Origin: Lama glama
Taxonomy: Eukaryota
NCBI GenBank assembly: GCA_028534125.1
Contig: CM052817.1
Span: forward strand, 101,930,001-101,994,000
Length of the DNA: 64,000 bases
Reading direction: 5' to 3'
Shown: positions 11,641 to 23,760 of the stretch, piece by piece
How the letters are laid out: every line of letters begins with the position of its first letter
How positions within the stretch are numbered: position 1 is the first letter of the stretch
Notes under the pieces: model-generated
Told to the model about the DNA's origin: nothing
The model's input: the letters and a program-made list of their open reading frames with translations, nothing else
Databases searched by the model: none
Program-made: the position numbers and the translations under genes

Positions 11641-13150
11641 AGATTAAATACGTATGATTTACATTGTGTTCAGAACTGTCTGTTCATCAGTCTGCCTTGT
11701 ATATCTTTTTTTTTTTTTTTTTTTTGGTGGAGGATTGTTCGTTTTCAGTTGTCAGCTTTGAGAAGACAGAATCTGCCTGTCTGGTGAATGTACCACGTAG
11801 AGTCCCAGGCAAGACATGTGAAAGGAAGGAGTTTGGGAAATTGCAGATACATGAACGGCACTCTTGTAAAGGCAGTTAATGATCTGGATTGTCTGCTCCT
11901 TGGTCATTTTCTTTTCTATCTGATGATTATCTCAAGGAGGATGAGGATAATTTTACCACTGCATAACATTCTAGGCAGTATTTTAGGAATTCCACTTTGG
12001 GTTCCCTAAAGCACATATTTCAGAATAAAAGATTGTCAACACTTTAGAGGAGTTGGATCTTTTAAAGGTTTCAACATACGTTCTAGCCTTCTGTCAACTG
12101 CAGAGCACAGCACAGAGAGGGGTCCAGACCATCCTTGCTACTCCGAGGTGAACAGATCCACTCCAGGAACCAGAGCTGTGCCCTTGAGTCTCAGGAGACC
12201 CAAAGCTGGGGCACAGCCTCTTCCTCTCAACCCTGCCCCGGGAACCTCATCTCCTTGCGATGGAAGTGTGGGAACTGGTTTCCTCCCCTGATATTCACAC
12301 TGGCTTTCCCTGAAGCATCATCTTAATGCAAGTGTGTTTAAAGTCAGTCCCTGATGCAGGCATGGCATTCCTAAAAATCAGCGAAAGCTCTGTGACTTCC
12401 ACAGCTCTGCTGGCACCTTCATTCTTGGAGCAGTTTTCATTTTTCCATTGGCATCAGGTGGTGGTTTCCACAGGCATTTTCTTTTATTCTCTGAGGTATT
12501 GGGCAGGACTGGCAGGGTAGAATGGGTGCCGAGCAGGAGACCTCTGTCTGTCTGTCTGTCTCTTTTACATTTTCTCTCTCTCTCTCATACACGCATGCAC
12601 GCACACATGCGCACACACCGTCTTCTTTAAGCAGGTCATCATAGCGTTAACACCTACTTTCAACCTTTCAGGCTATCAGGCGTCAGAAAAGTTTTAATAG
12701 GTTTGGAGGTGACTTTGGAGTCCACCAGCATCTGCATTCATCTGTAATTTATAGCTGCCTCTTATTTAGTTGGTGGAGTAAATTGCACCTAAGAGTATTC
12801 TTTGAGACTTGGCAGCCTGGTGTACAGTTTCACAATTGAGCTGTGTTTTTGCCAACTATTTGGCTTTCTCTCCCCACCCCCCTTTCTTTTGGATGACATT
12901 CTCAAATACTTAATTTGGAGCTTTGGTCTGGAACACACTTTATCAGACACCTTTCGTGTGCCAAGAGACCCCCTTATCCATTCTGTTCAGGCGGACTTTC
13001 CACATGCGAACCCATTTATTTCTCAATTGCTTTTAAAGTCACTGCATTTCCCAGTAACATAAGGTGAAGCGTGGTGCGTTTGGACCACTTGGAGCTTGTG
13101 GTCTCTTGCTTCTTCCCACACCCTCCACCCTTCTCTGGATTTGAGTTGAG

Positions 13151-13437
13151 GGGAAATTCCTCTCTAAGTGGAGAGGTGAGGGTGATGGTGCCCAACCAAA
13201 CCATAAAATTAATGTCTATTGCAGAAATAAAAGGGCTTACTTTGTTATGAGGTATGTGAAGACATGTTTTGGCCTCATTTCATGTGCTCAGTTTAACCGT
13301 GTCCCAAAGATTAAATTGAGGCTATTAGGGGTATAATTTATTTCTCTTTCAAGTCTGTCATCATGTGTGTCAATCTGGGAGACTGTGTTTTCCCACTTTC
13401 AGGGGTAAGGTCCGTATCTGGCAAACGCTGACGTCAG
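13151..13437. promoter_or_regulatory. Candidate enhancer with an NF-kB site and a full CRE
   Basis: GGGAAATTCC at 13151-13160 and palindromic TGACGTCA at 13429-13436, in repeat-free DNA. Confidence 0.35.
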
Positions 13438-14484
13438 GCCATCCGTGCAAAGTTCCTGGAGCTATTTGCTTCGAGTTTTACAGAATTCAATTTTCTAGCT
13501 GAGTCTCGGACTCCCTGACTGCTCCCTTTCCTCATCACTAAGCGTGGTGGAGAACTCGGCTTTCCAGGACCGGACTCCCAGTTGTGTCATTGTCTCCCGA
13601 CAAGAGAAGATGTAATTCATTTGTATTATGATGAATACCCCGTGATCATGTCATCTGCTAGAAAGCTGTGATCTGAAGACAAAATGTGCAGTAGAATTAG
13701 CCCACACTGTGAATCTTCTTTTAAGGTCTGAAGAGGGATTAGTGGTGAAATCCTTTAATGTTGTTTATTTCGGAGTGGAGAGTAATGGATCGACCTTAGC
13801 CCTCTGTCACAGGGGAATGGGAATTTCAGTTGACACGTGAAACATAAACTTCCCTTCATATTCCTTCAGGATTCATGTCTCCCCCATCCCGTTACACTTG
13901 TGGGCCAACGGAGAAGTGTCTGGGGATGCAGGTATGGTCCATTCCAAAAGCCTCCACGTTTTGTGCTTCTGCCTCTTGTTGGCACTTGCCTCCTGGTACA
14001 GACATGCCTGATATAAACACAATCTGTGGGCACTGAAGGCCGAGGCAAGGACAGTGTGTATCTAAGATCCCAAATTCTTTTTGAATCTGATTATTTTTCT
14101 CTTCGGCATCTCTCCTGCCACGCAAGAGCAGAGAAGTTGTCATCAGACGATGACAAATGACATTCAGAGATGCTTGAATAAGAAATAAATGGCAAAAGCA
14201 CATTTTCCTTCCACTCGGTGGCCCCAACGACTAAGCCCACACAGAGGCTTCTGTCGCCAAAGGCTCACTGGTAGCCTTGCAGGACACAAGGTTTCAGAGC
14301 CAGTCTCCTTGCTGGGTACACTATACCCTTCCTTTCCTTCCACGAGCCTTCCAGGACGAGGGTGTGCAAAGGGGAGGCTGACTCCAATGGTATTTTTCTG
14401 TGGCTATAGCTAATGTTCACAGGTAATTACTTTGCTAAAAGTGCTCATAAACCTTTTATTTTGCTAGACAGTAAAGAAGTGTTC

Positions 14485-15720
14485 AAAGATTAATGGAGAC
14501 CTAGCCAAAGCACAGAAGAGCCAGCTTGAAAGGGCTCTTACTGGTTGATCTAGCTCAATTTCAGCATAATGATACATGATGATAGTTATGGATTATAACA
14601 CACTGAATAAAATAAAAAAAAACTATGAGTTCATACTGACACAAGTAGAAAAATGAATGGGGGAAGTACATGTTAACTCATAATTACAGACTTAAAAACA
14701 ATCAAAAAGGATAAAATAGAATGCCATGTAATAAATGCAGAAGGAACGACGGACTCAGAAAATCACCAACTGATGCTAAAACTGGTGAGTGAAAGTTTGA
14801 TAAGGAGCAGGATGTTTGCCTGGTCTCATAGGGGCTCCCCACAAATTACCTATTAGTTACATAGGAAAAAAGATCTATTTTACAGTGGAGAAATCCTGTG
14901 AACATCACATCACCTTATCCAAGTGATGGAAGTCAATGTTACCAATAATGGGACCTGCTCAGTGCCTGAGCCTCTTGATCTGAGCACTGAGGAGGGCAGA
15001 GCATCACTCTGTGATGTTTCTGCCAAAGAAAAAAAAAGTGTAATCTGAGTCTGATCAAGAGGAAACATCAGTCAAATCCAAACTGAGGAATATTACTATA
15101 ACAACTGGCCTGTAATCTTCAAAATTAAACAGGTCAACAAAAACAAAGGCTGGGGAAACTTTTCCCAACTGAAGGAGACTAAGAAACAAACGTGATCACC
15201 AAATGCAGTGAGTGTTCCTGGAGTGAGTCCTGGAATGGCACACAGTTCCCTGAACTTCAGTTCATTCTGGAGACTTTTGACAAACTTTGCACCAAAATTA
15301 AATATCCTTATTTTGAGAATGGCACTGTGGTTTTATAAGAGAATGCCCTTGTCTGTAAGAAATATACACTGAAGCATGAAGTGGTAAAGGCATATGATGT
15401 CTTTAAGTTACTCTCAAATGGTTCAAAAAATACTATGCATGTATATGTGTATATATATATATATACACACACACACAAATGTGTGCACATATATAAATAT
15501 ATACACACATATGTGCATACATCCATTTATACACATATCTATCTTCATCTATCAATTATCTGTTTATTACTTATCCATTCATCCATCTATCTGGAGAAAG
15601 AATGAGCAAGCAAATAGAATAAAATAAACATTTGATAATTCTGAGCAAAGGGTATATGGGGTGTACCTTGTACTGTTTTTATGACCTAAATTTTAAATCA
15701 TTTTAAAATAAACAGCTAAA
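14485..15720 (+). mobile_element. Old L1 (L1MC/MD-like) 3'UTR with an internal (TA)n/(CA)n microsatellite at about 15435-15590
   Basis: Motifs GAAGAGCCAGCTTGAAAGGGCTC, TTTTACAGTGGAGAAA, CAAATCCAAACTGAGG, GAAGGAGACTAAG and GAGAATGCCCTTG are typical of ancient L1 3' ends. Confidence 0.8.
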
Positions 15721-17384
15721 AAATACTTATAAGAATAAACGTCATTAAATTTGATGTCAACAAACAACGTGGGACACTCACAGCTCTTCCGCACTTGCTT
15801 TCCATCCAACTCTGCTGGCTGCTTTCTTAGCTTTGCTTGGCGATCCCAGCCAGGGCGAGGAGTCTTTCCCCCTAACCGTGGTTGTTGTACTGGGACCACA
15901 TACTCACCTTGTTTAAGTTAAGACAGAAACAAGCATCGCTGGCATCTCTCGCCACCTCAGTTCCCAGCAGTGAGAAGGGAGAAGTTCCCAGTTCAGCATA
16001 GGGGCGGGGAAGGATTCTCACCACGGACAGCAGGCAGGTGGGGGTTCCCTCTGGCATTCCGGGGGCCTCTGAGTGGGTCTCACTTGCCAGGAGTTTCCGT
16101 GATCACAACAGGAGGTTGCAACAGTAGCGCACAAGCTCTCCAGAGAGAGGACCGGAAGGGTTTCTGTTAAGACAGCAGCTGGGCACTGTCTTGGCAACAG
16201 CAGACAGAGATGGACCATCAGGCAAAGTCACACAGGGACATACGACTCACCAAACTTTGCAGTCTAAAACCAGTCATACCCAAAAGTAGTTTGGTGCCTT
16301 GTTGCAAACCAGTGTTTTCCACAAAATTACATTATCTTAAAATTGAGCATCTGTAGGTATCAACTAACTTACAGGTTAATCTAGTGATCAAAGAGAATGT
16401 GCATAGCTGAAATGTAAATGCAGTGTTGGCTTAGCCTTTGGCCCCATAATAAAAGACTTTCCAATTCCACTTTTTGGGCAGGCTCAAGGTTTGCAGTCCT
16501 GGTCGTTGCCCATAGGTCAATAGGTAACACTGGATGTCTCGGTGGAAGCTGGGGTGAACATCAGATGTTGTTCGGTGTGTTGGAGGGAGAGGGCGTGGGG
16601 ACAGATTTGTAGCCACACTATAAGAATGAGAGAATTGGGGGTATCAAGATGTTTTCAAGGGCTCTGAGAAAAGAGCCAGTTAATTTTACCTCCTGAATAT
16701 ACTTCGCTTGTTTTTCTAGAGTTTTGTTTCCTTTCACAAAAGATTCAGAGTGATTTACAATAAGAAAACCTTAAGTGTCTTTATGGTTAATAATAAAGGT
16801 AGTGGTTTTTCTTCCCAGGGCCTTCACTGTATAATAATGCAATGTGCAAAATAATGTGATGTATAACAATGCAATAATTCATAGTGCAGGAACCATGTTA
16901 TCCATCTAGTCCTTGTGCCACCCTAAGAGTTGGGGCCATTTTATGAGGAAGATTCAAACCCTCTGTCAGTCCATCAGCACTTAATGAGGTTAATGTGCAA
17001 AGCCACCCTTAGAAACAGTTCATGGAGAAGCCTGCAGGTGGGTCCCTGTGCAGTGACTTGTGTCCTTGTCTGTGGCAGGCTCGTTCTCTACAGGTTTTCC
17101 ACTGCAATATTGGTTCCTGTTTCACTGTCATATCATGGATGGGCATTTATTTTATTTTGGCAAGGGTGATGTATTGAAGCACACAGAAGAGCATTTTCTT
17201 TCTTCTCCCCTGATGTGCAGACATTCCACTGCAAAGTCACCAACAAAACCGGTCACTTCCAGAAACATATTTTTAAATAAAAAGGTAATGTTCAAATCTC
17301 AAGGCACAAGCACTACAGAAGTTAAAAATAGAAAATTTAGAGATTAAGTAACTGAAATAGGAGAAAAAATGAAAATCAACCTGG

Positions 17385-17820
17385 ATTAGTCTCCTTCCAC
17401 AGCCGGGGTGGCTTTATAACGAAAGAAATGTATTTTCTCACAGGTCTGGAGGCTAGAAGTCCAAAATCAAGGTGTCATTAGGGTCACACTCTCTTTGAAG
17501 GCTCTGGAATCCGTCCTTGTCTCTTTCATTCAGCTTCTGGCAGTTGCTGGCGATCTTTGGCGTTCCTTGGCTCGTAGATGCATCACGCCTACGTCTGCTT
17601 CCTTGTTTACATCGTCTTCTCCCCTGTGTGTCCATGTGTCTGAATTTCTCTCCCCTTATTAGAAAACCAGAAATTGGATTAGGGCTCACCCTTATCCATT
17701 GTGTCCTTGTCTTAATGATATTACATCTGCAAAGACCCTATTTCAAATGAGGTCACCTTCACAGATATCAGGGACTGAGACTTCAACATATCTTTGGGGA
17801 ACACAATTCAACCCAAAACA
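17385..17820 (-). mobile_element. MLT1-family MaLR solo LTR
   Basis: TCTCACAGGTCTGGAGGCTAGAAGTCCAAAATCAAGGTG ... ACATCTGCAAAGACCCTATTTC ... ACACAATTCAACCCAAAACA. Confidence 0.9.
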
Positions 17821-19319
17821 CAGCCCAACATTTTAACAGAGAAAAAATATGACCCAAGTTATATTAAGAGGAAATAGGATCTAAATCTCTTGGATGATGG
17901 CTGTGTCTGTTACTTGCTCTATTCATATTTCGGCACCTGCAGTTCAGTCCTTTCTTTGCTTGTTCTGAATCGCAGGTGAGGTAAGAGTAGAGAGTCCACT
18001 GACCTGAGACTGGAAGCAACAATCAAATCTGCACTGGCCCAATCGTCACTGTTAGTCACATATGTGGTTTCCTAAAAACACAAGGAAAACTTCTAGGTAA
18101 CAAAATGTGTAGCCTCCGTCAGGTGACCATGTTTAGCAGCACCATGCTCCTGGGGTTAAGTCTGCAGAGAAAAGTCCAGGAAACAGACTTACGTAACTGA
18201 TCTAATCATCTAACAGATTATTCTGTCAAAGTCCAAAACCGATGAGAAACAGGAAATCCACCTGGGTGCCCAGCCCCCTGATAAGGCTCCCTGCTGTGTT
18301 TATATTAATAATATAATATATTGTCATAAATCTATATGAAAATAATACATGCTTTGGCTCTGTCTGTATGGTGGAAGGAATTACACATTTTCAAGCTCAT
18401 TACCAAACCCATGACTGAATCTCTGAATTGTTGATTGCAACCCTTTTTGCAATAATTGACTCAAACTTGCCATTCAATTTGCTACTTGGCATTCCCCTTA
18501 AGGGGATGGTCCAAACTCTGTATCTAGTTCTCTCCATTCACGACACCTTACTCTCTTCTTGTAATTGGGAATGTTTCCACAGCAGTTGATCTGCAGATGC
18601 ACTGGGGAATAAAAACACAGTGCCACCTACCAATAAATCCAGGCTACACTGTTTCCTCAGACATGTGACTTCCATAAAGCTTGTGACATTTGTTAATGCA
18701 GTGCCAGTATTTCACTGCAGATTCTTGTTTAATACATTGAAAACATCTAAACCCAATGTCAAGAAAATCCAGTTTTACTCCGACTCTGGGGCCAAGGCTT
18801 ATATTTTAATGTCGTTAGTGATGAACGTTGGTAAATAACTCTCAAGTTTCATCTCTGTTCACCAAAGGAACACTCTCATGCCTGTATACAACAATTGGCT
18901 TGGCCCTGCAGGGAAAACTTCCCTAAACGCGGCGCTGGACAGCAAATGGTAACTTAATTTATCTTTTGGAAGTGCAACAAGTCCCTGCTGTTACCAGAGG
19001 AGCTAGCTCTAACAAACTGTAGATCATATAGGACATGTCCAAAACATTGTAATTCTGGGCTGGTTTCGATTCTTTTCACTGTATTCTTAGAGAGCCTGTT
19101 GGAGAACACCTAATTTTTCTCTGCCTCCCGTGTCAATACAAGTAGAAAGCCTGTCAGTGATTAAGCCCGTCAGCCTCGCCTGAAAGAAGACTGGTTTTGG
19201 AATGTTTCATTTTCGGGGTGTGAAAGAGGAAGGGGATTAGCATGTTCTCAAGCAGCCACTGAGGACAACTAGGGGCCCCAGGAGAGTATACAGAGGGTGT
19301 CTTCAAAAGCATCAGCAGA

Positions 19320-19392
19320 AAGAGAGAGAGAGAGCGCGCGAGAGAAAGCGAGAGAGAGAGAGAGCGAGTGAGCGAGAGAGCGCCTGTGCGCG
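19320..19392 (+). repeat. (GA)n repeat interrupted by CG dinucleotides
   Basis: AGAGAGAGAGAGAGCGCGCGAGAGAAAGCGAGAGAG... visible directly. Confidence 0.85.
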
Positions 19393-19937
19393 AACTGGAA
19401 ACCGATGAGGGGGACAGGGGAATGAGAAAAACCCCACACCAGGGAGCCAAGTGGTTGTGGCTTGATGGATCCTGCATCTTATTTTCTATGATTTTTCCAG
19501 AAAAAGCTGGCAATGAGAATAGAAGAATTGCAAACAATGCAACATGCCCTTGCCAAGATATAAATAGAGAAGAAGCATTTGAAAGGACCATGTACAGTAT
19601 CAAATTATCTGCAAAGATGAAAAAAGTAATGACTTCCATTCTCTGTCCTCCGCCTGGTGACTCATCCAAGTGGAAAAATGAAGCAGCTGGAGATTAAAGT
19701 TACCCCCCAAAAGAGGGGGGAGAGGAGGGGCCTCAGGAACAGCCAATCCAGTCAGACAAGTTAAAATGCAGCCAGAACGTTGGTGACAGGAGGTGGCAGC
19801 TACATGTTTTGTGGTTCCTCCTATTCGCCATAATCTTCAACAGGAAAGGTTCAATTCCAGCTCACCACAAGTGGTCGGGGCCGCAGATGTTGTAAGAAGC
19901 ACCTAGCGCTGGCCCGGTGTCACATGAGGACAGGCTG

Positions 19938-19969
19938 ACCATGGTTACCATGGTTACCATGGGTACCAT
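19938..19969. repeat. 9-bp tandem repeat (ACCATGGTT) of about 3.5 units, near self-complementary
   Basis: ACCATGGTTACCATGGTTACCATGGGTACCAT. Confidence 0.85.
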
Positions 19970-20459
19970 ACGCGCTCGGCGGAACACAGGGCAGAAACAG
20001 GTGTCTGCGACGCTCTACTTACAAAGGCCCTTCTCCGCAGTCTTGATCTTTTTGGTAACAGTCTTACTGTGATATGATTCACGGATCATATGCTATATCC
20101 ATTAGTATTTTGTAGTATGTTTGTTTATTTGGTCAAAATCTGTCTCATTTGGTTCACAGCAAGCTCCGGGAGGGTCACAGCCATGCATGTCTTTATCCAT
20201 CAATGCACACCCAGCGTGTATCGTAGTGCACAAAGCAGCCGCCCTATCACTGTATCTTTTTTCTTTTTTTTTTTTTTTAACAAACGCATAATGAATGAAT
20301 AAAAAGAAACAATTTAGATTTCTAAGGCTTATAAACTGGCTTTAATTAACCACCTATTCTTTCATTTTTCTCCAAAATCACAAGCAATTTTTAAAAGTGT
20401 AAAGTACTAAGGAGGGAGAAAAGGCCTCCATTTGTTCACATGCTGCTTTTTGACTCCAA

Positions 20460-21120
20460 ATATGAGCGGAGAGGGATTTCGGCGGGGAAGTCTTTCGCCA
20501 CTCCCCGCCCCCAACCCCTTGTCGCATTGCATATTTAGAAGGGAGAAAGAGTTCTGACCGATGTCTAGAATCAGCTCACCTGAATCAAACTGAATCAATT
20601 CACCCAGCAGGTAATTCCTGAGAGAGGCTTAGACTGAGGCCGCCCGGGAAGCAGAAGGTAACGGCATACCCGCCGTCTTCTGGTTCACCATCTCCGTGGG
20701 ACAGCAAAACAAATGTACTTGATCTTGGAGGAAAAGAAAAAGTAGTGTGAGATTTAATGCCAGGTTCTCATGTCAGACTTCAGACGCGGAAGAAACTCGG
20801 AAAAGGAAGGGATGAGGCGCCACTGAAGGTCGGATGCTGTGCGGAGGAGCGGGGGTTTGAACTGCGGAGGTGGGAGGGCGCGCTGCATTCTCGGGGCTCG
20901 GCGGCAGGGGGCGTGCTGGGCGGAGAGGCCGGCCTGGGGCTGCTGGGAGCCCCGGGCGCGGGGGGTCGCTGGCGGGGGGTCTCGGAGTCCCGATTCTGCA
21001 TATTCAGGCTTTGGTGAGGGGGACAGAGACCCGAAGGCGGCGTCCTAGGCTTCGGTCCCTGGGGGAACACCGTGCTTCTCGAGCCTTCCAGGGATGCTCC
21101 CCACCAGTCCGCTTTGTCGA
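20460..21120. promoter_or_regulatory. Small CpG island with a CTCF-like motif
   Basis: Very GC/CpG-rich at 20780-21080, GC box CCCCGCCCC near 20502, CTCF-like TCGGCGGCAGGGGGCG at 20898-20913. Confidence 0.6.
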
Positions 21121-22597
21121 TTTGGTTTTTGTTTTGTTCCTTCTACAGCATGTGAGAGAGGAAGGGCCTGGCCCACAGAGAGAGGGATTTCGGCAGAGTA
21201 GGATTTGTAAATCATCGAAATCAGTCACATTCCAGAAAAGAACACTGATAGATCCTGTGTCCTCCCCGCCTAAGGAGGAAACCGCTCCAGAACCTCTCCA
21301 TTACGGGCTTGGCACAAAATAAGGCCTTATTTAATTTATCATTTGCATGGAACATCTAATATCATCACTGAGTTGTGGGCACTTGGCTCTAAGAAACTGT
21401 TTTAAATAAAATTTTCTCCTGTTAAGCGTAGAGCTGTTTGCTCTTTTGGCTAAGAAAAAGAAATACACACAATAACACCGTCATCCATAAAGGATACTAG
21501 TTGTCACTATTTTAAAAGGAAACAGTGACAGATTTTATGACAGACTCAGCAGACATTCCGCGGAAAGATTCTAACCCCCGAGGAGGCATGGACTTCTCAG
21601 CTGGGTTATTCCCACAGGGTCTCACCTTGCCTGTTTTGGTCGCAGGGGAGCTCCTGGTATGGGTTAAAAAGACAGTTGGTTTTTCTTTCCACGGAAGCCA
21701 GGTGTCATAATATTTAAATCACTTCGCTTTTTAGATTTTCAAAAGGAGGTTCGCTAGACCGCAATAAGAGTCACTCTCCTCAACTAACTTCCTTTGCCTT
21801 CTCTGTAGAAATTGTCATCTTCCTTGATTTCCTCACTGACTTTTAAAAGTGTCCATAAAGATCTCACAGGGAGAGGAAGTGAAGTGAAATAAACGCTGTG
21901 CAGATGGTAAGCAGAGAAGCTCTGTGAATAAAAGCTGGACATAGCCCTCAGATTTTAGTTCTAAGATGTTTAAGACTGTGTTCGGAGCCCTTTGAGTGCT
22001 GTGAAATTAATAAGGCTATTTATAGGGCGGTTATAAGACCCTATGGTGATAGTTTGTCTCAGAAACTAATCTTTAGGGCTGTTAGCTTCGACCAAAGGTG
22101 CATCTTTCCCTACGTGGCTTAAAACAAACTCTTCCTTGGCTGAATCCCTCTGGGTTTTTGGTTGTCTTTTTTTTTCCCCTGCTGTTTTTTTCCCTCCTTT
22201 TGTTACAAAATTTGTATCTGGCTCATATTTATTGTCTGATTTTTACCTTTTATTTCTCTTCAATAGTCCATCGCTCAAACGTGCTAAACCATCACCACGT
22301 CCTCTGATCCTGTACTCCCCTCATTTCCCTCTTGTCTTCTCCTCCAGATCCTGCCCGTGGAAGCTCTTCACAGCCCCCTCCTTCTGTCCAAGGTGGTCTA
22401 GATCCCTTGTCCTCTTCCACACTTAGTTTCCTTCTCTGGAGCCGTTCTCTCGCCTTAATGTCCACTGTTGAGATCCTCCTGCTGCTTAAATCTTTTTGTC
22501 CTCTACTGCCTCCTTTCTCAGCTGGAGGACAGTCCCTTGCTCTTTGCCTCTCCTGTGCCCTCTTGAGATTCTTACACAAAGCAGGCCTTCTTTTCTA

Positions 22598-23238
22598 AAA
22601 ATTTTTATTTATTGAATTATAATCAGTTACAACGTGTCAGTCTCTGGGGTACAGCACAATGTCCAAGTCATGCATATACATACATATATTCATTTTAATA
22701 TTCTTTTTCATTATAGGTTACTACAAGATATTGAATATAGTTCCCTGTGCTATACAGGAGACATTTTTTAAAAATCTAGTTTATATATAGTAGTTAATAT
22801 TAGCAATTCTCAAACTCCCAGTGTATGCCTTCCCACCCCCTTCCCGCCCCCAACCCCCATAACCAGAGGTCTGTTTACTATGTCTGTTAGTCTGTTTCTG
22901 TTTTACAGAGAAGTTCATTAGTGTCTTCTTCTGCTTCTCCTTCTTCTTCTTTTTTAATTCCACATATGAGTGATATCATACAGTATTTTTCTTTCTGTTT
23001 CTGGCTTGCTTCACTTAGAATGATGATCTCCAGGTCCATCCATGTTGCTGCAAATGGCATTATTTTATTCTTTTTTATGGCTGAGTAATACTCCATTGTA
23101 TATATATATCACAGTTCTTTATCCAGTCATCTCTTGATGGACATTTAGATTGTTTCCATGTCTTGGCTATTGTAAATAGGACTTCTATGAACATTGGGGT
23201 GCATATGTCTTTTCAAATTAGAATTTTCTCTGGATATA
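22598..23238 (-). mobile_element. 5'-truncated L1 (ORF2 end and 3'UTR), lineage-recent type
   Basis: Minus-strand translation MEYYSAIKKNKIMPFAATWMDLEIIILSE is the L1 ORF2 C-terminus. Confidence 0.95.
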
Positions 23239-23679
23239 AAAACTCCTTTTTGATCAAAGAAAATTTTAGACTGAACTAGTATGAACTCAGGTTAAACTGG
23301 AACTGCTTCGGTTAGCTCTCCTATGCCTTCCCTATGCCTCCCACCCGATTCCCCAAGGACCTAGGGAGTTTAGCCCCATCTGGCGATTTACAGATGAAAG
23401 AGCCAAATCTCAAAGGCAGGGAACTAAAGCAGAGGGCCTTTGACTCCACAGCCTTCCTTTCCAAATGAGCAGAAACGCAGACTCACACTGACGCTAGCCA
23501 GAGGGCTGCAGAGTTTGCTGAGCAGCATGGACAACTGGTGTCTCCAAAATGGGACCCATTTAAAAGGAACACGCTAGCACCATGAAGCATTCGATCAATT
23601 AAAACTGTATTTGCTCTCTTAGTCTTTAGGAGGAATCCTGGGTTAATGTTTGAAATTCATGTCTATTTAGAAAACACCT

Positions 23680-23760
23680 GGGGGAGGGTGTAGCTCAACG
23701 GTAGGGTGCTGTACTTTGCATGCATGAGGTCCTGGGTTCAGCCCCCAGTACCTCCGCAAA
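23680..23760 (+). mobile_element. tRNA-Ala-derived camelid-type SINE (Vic-1-like), diverged, almost no tail
   Basis: GGGGAGGGTGTAGCTCAACGGTAG...GCATGCATGAGGTCCTGGGTTCAGCCCCCAGTACCTCC, with A and B boxes. Confidence 0.85.

Noticed and set aside
13628..13731. C/D-box snoRNA-like ATGATGA ... CTGA
   Set aside because: No terminal stem and no recognisable rRNA or snRNA antisense element. These boxes are short enough to occur by chance.
19154..19697. 171-aa and 109-aa opposing ORFs
   Set aside because: They span the GA repeat, have non-ATG starts and match no recognisable protein
22887..23096. ORFs with real protein similarity (also 9045-9245 and 42445-42651)
   Set aside because: Decayed L1 ORF2 C-terminal remnants, not host genes
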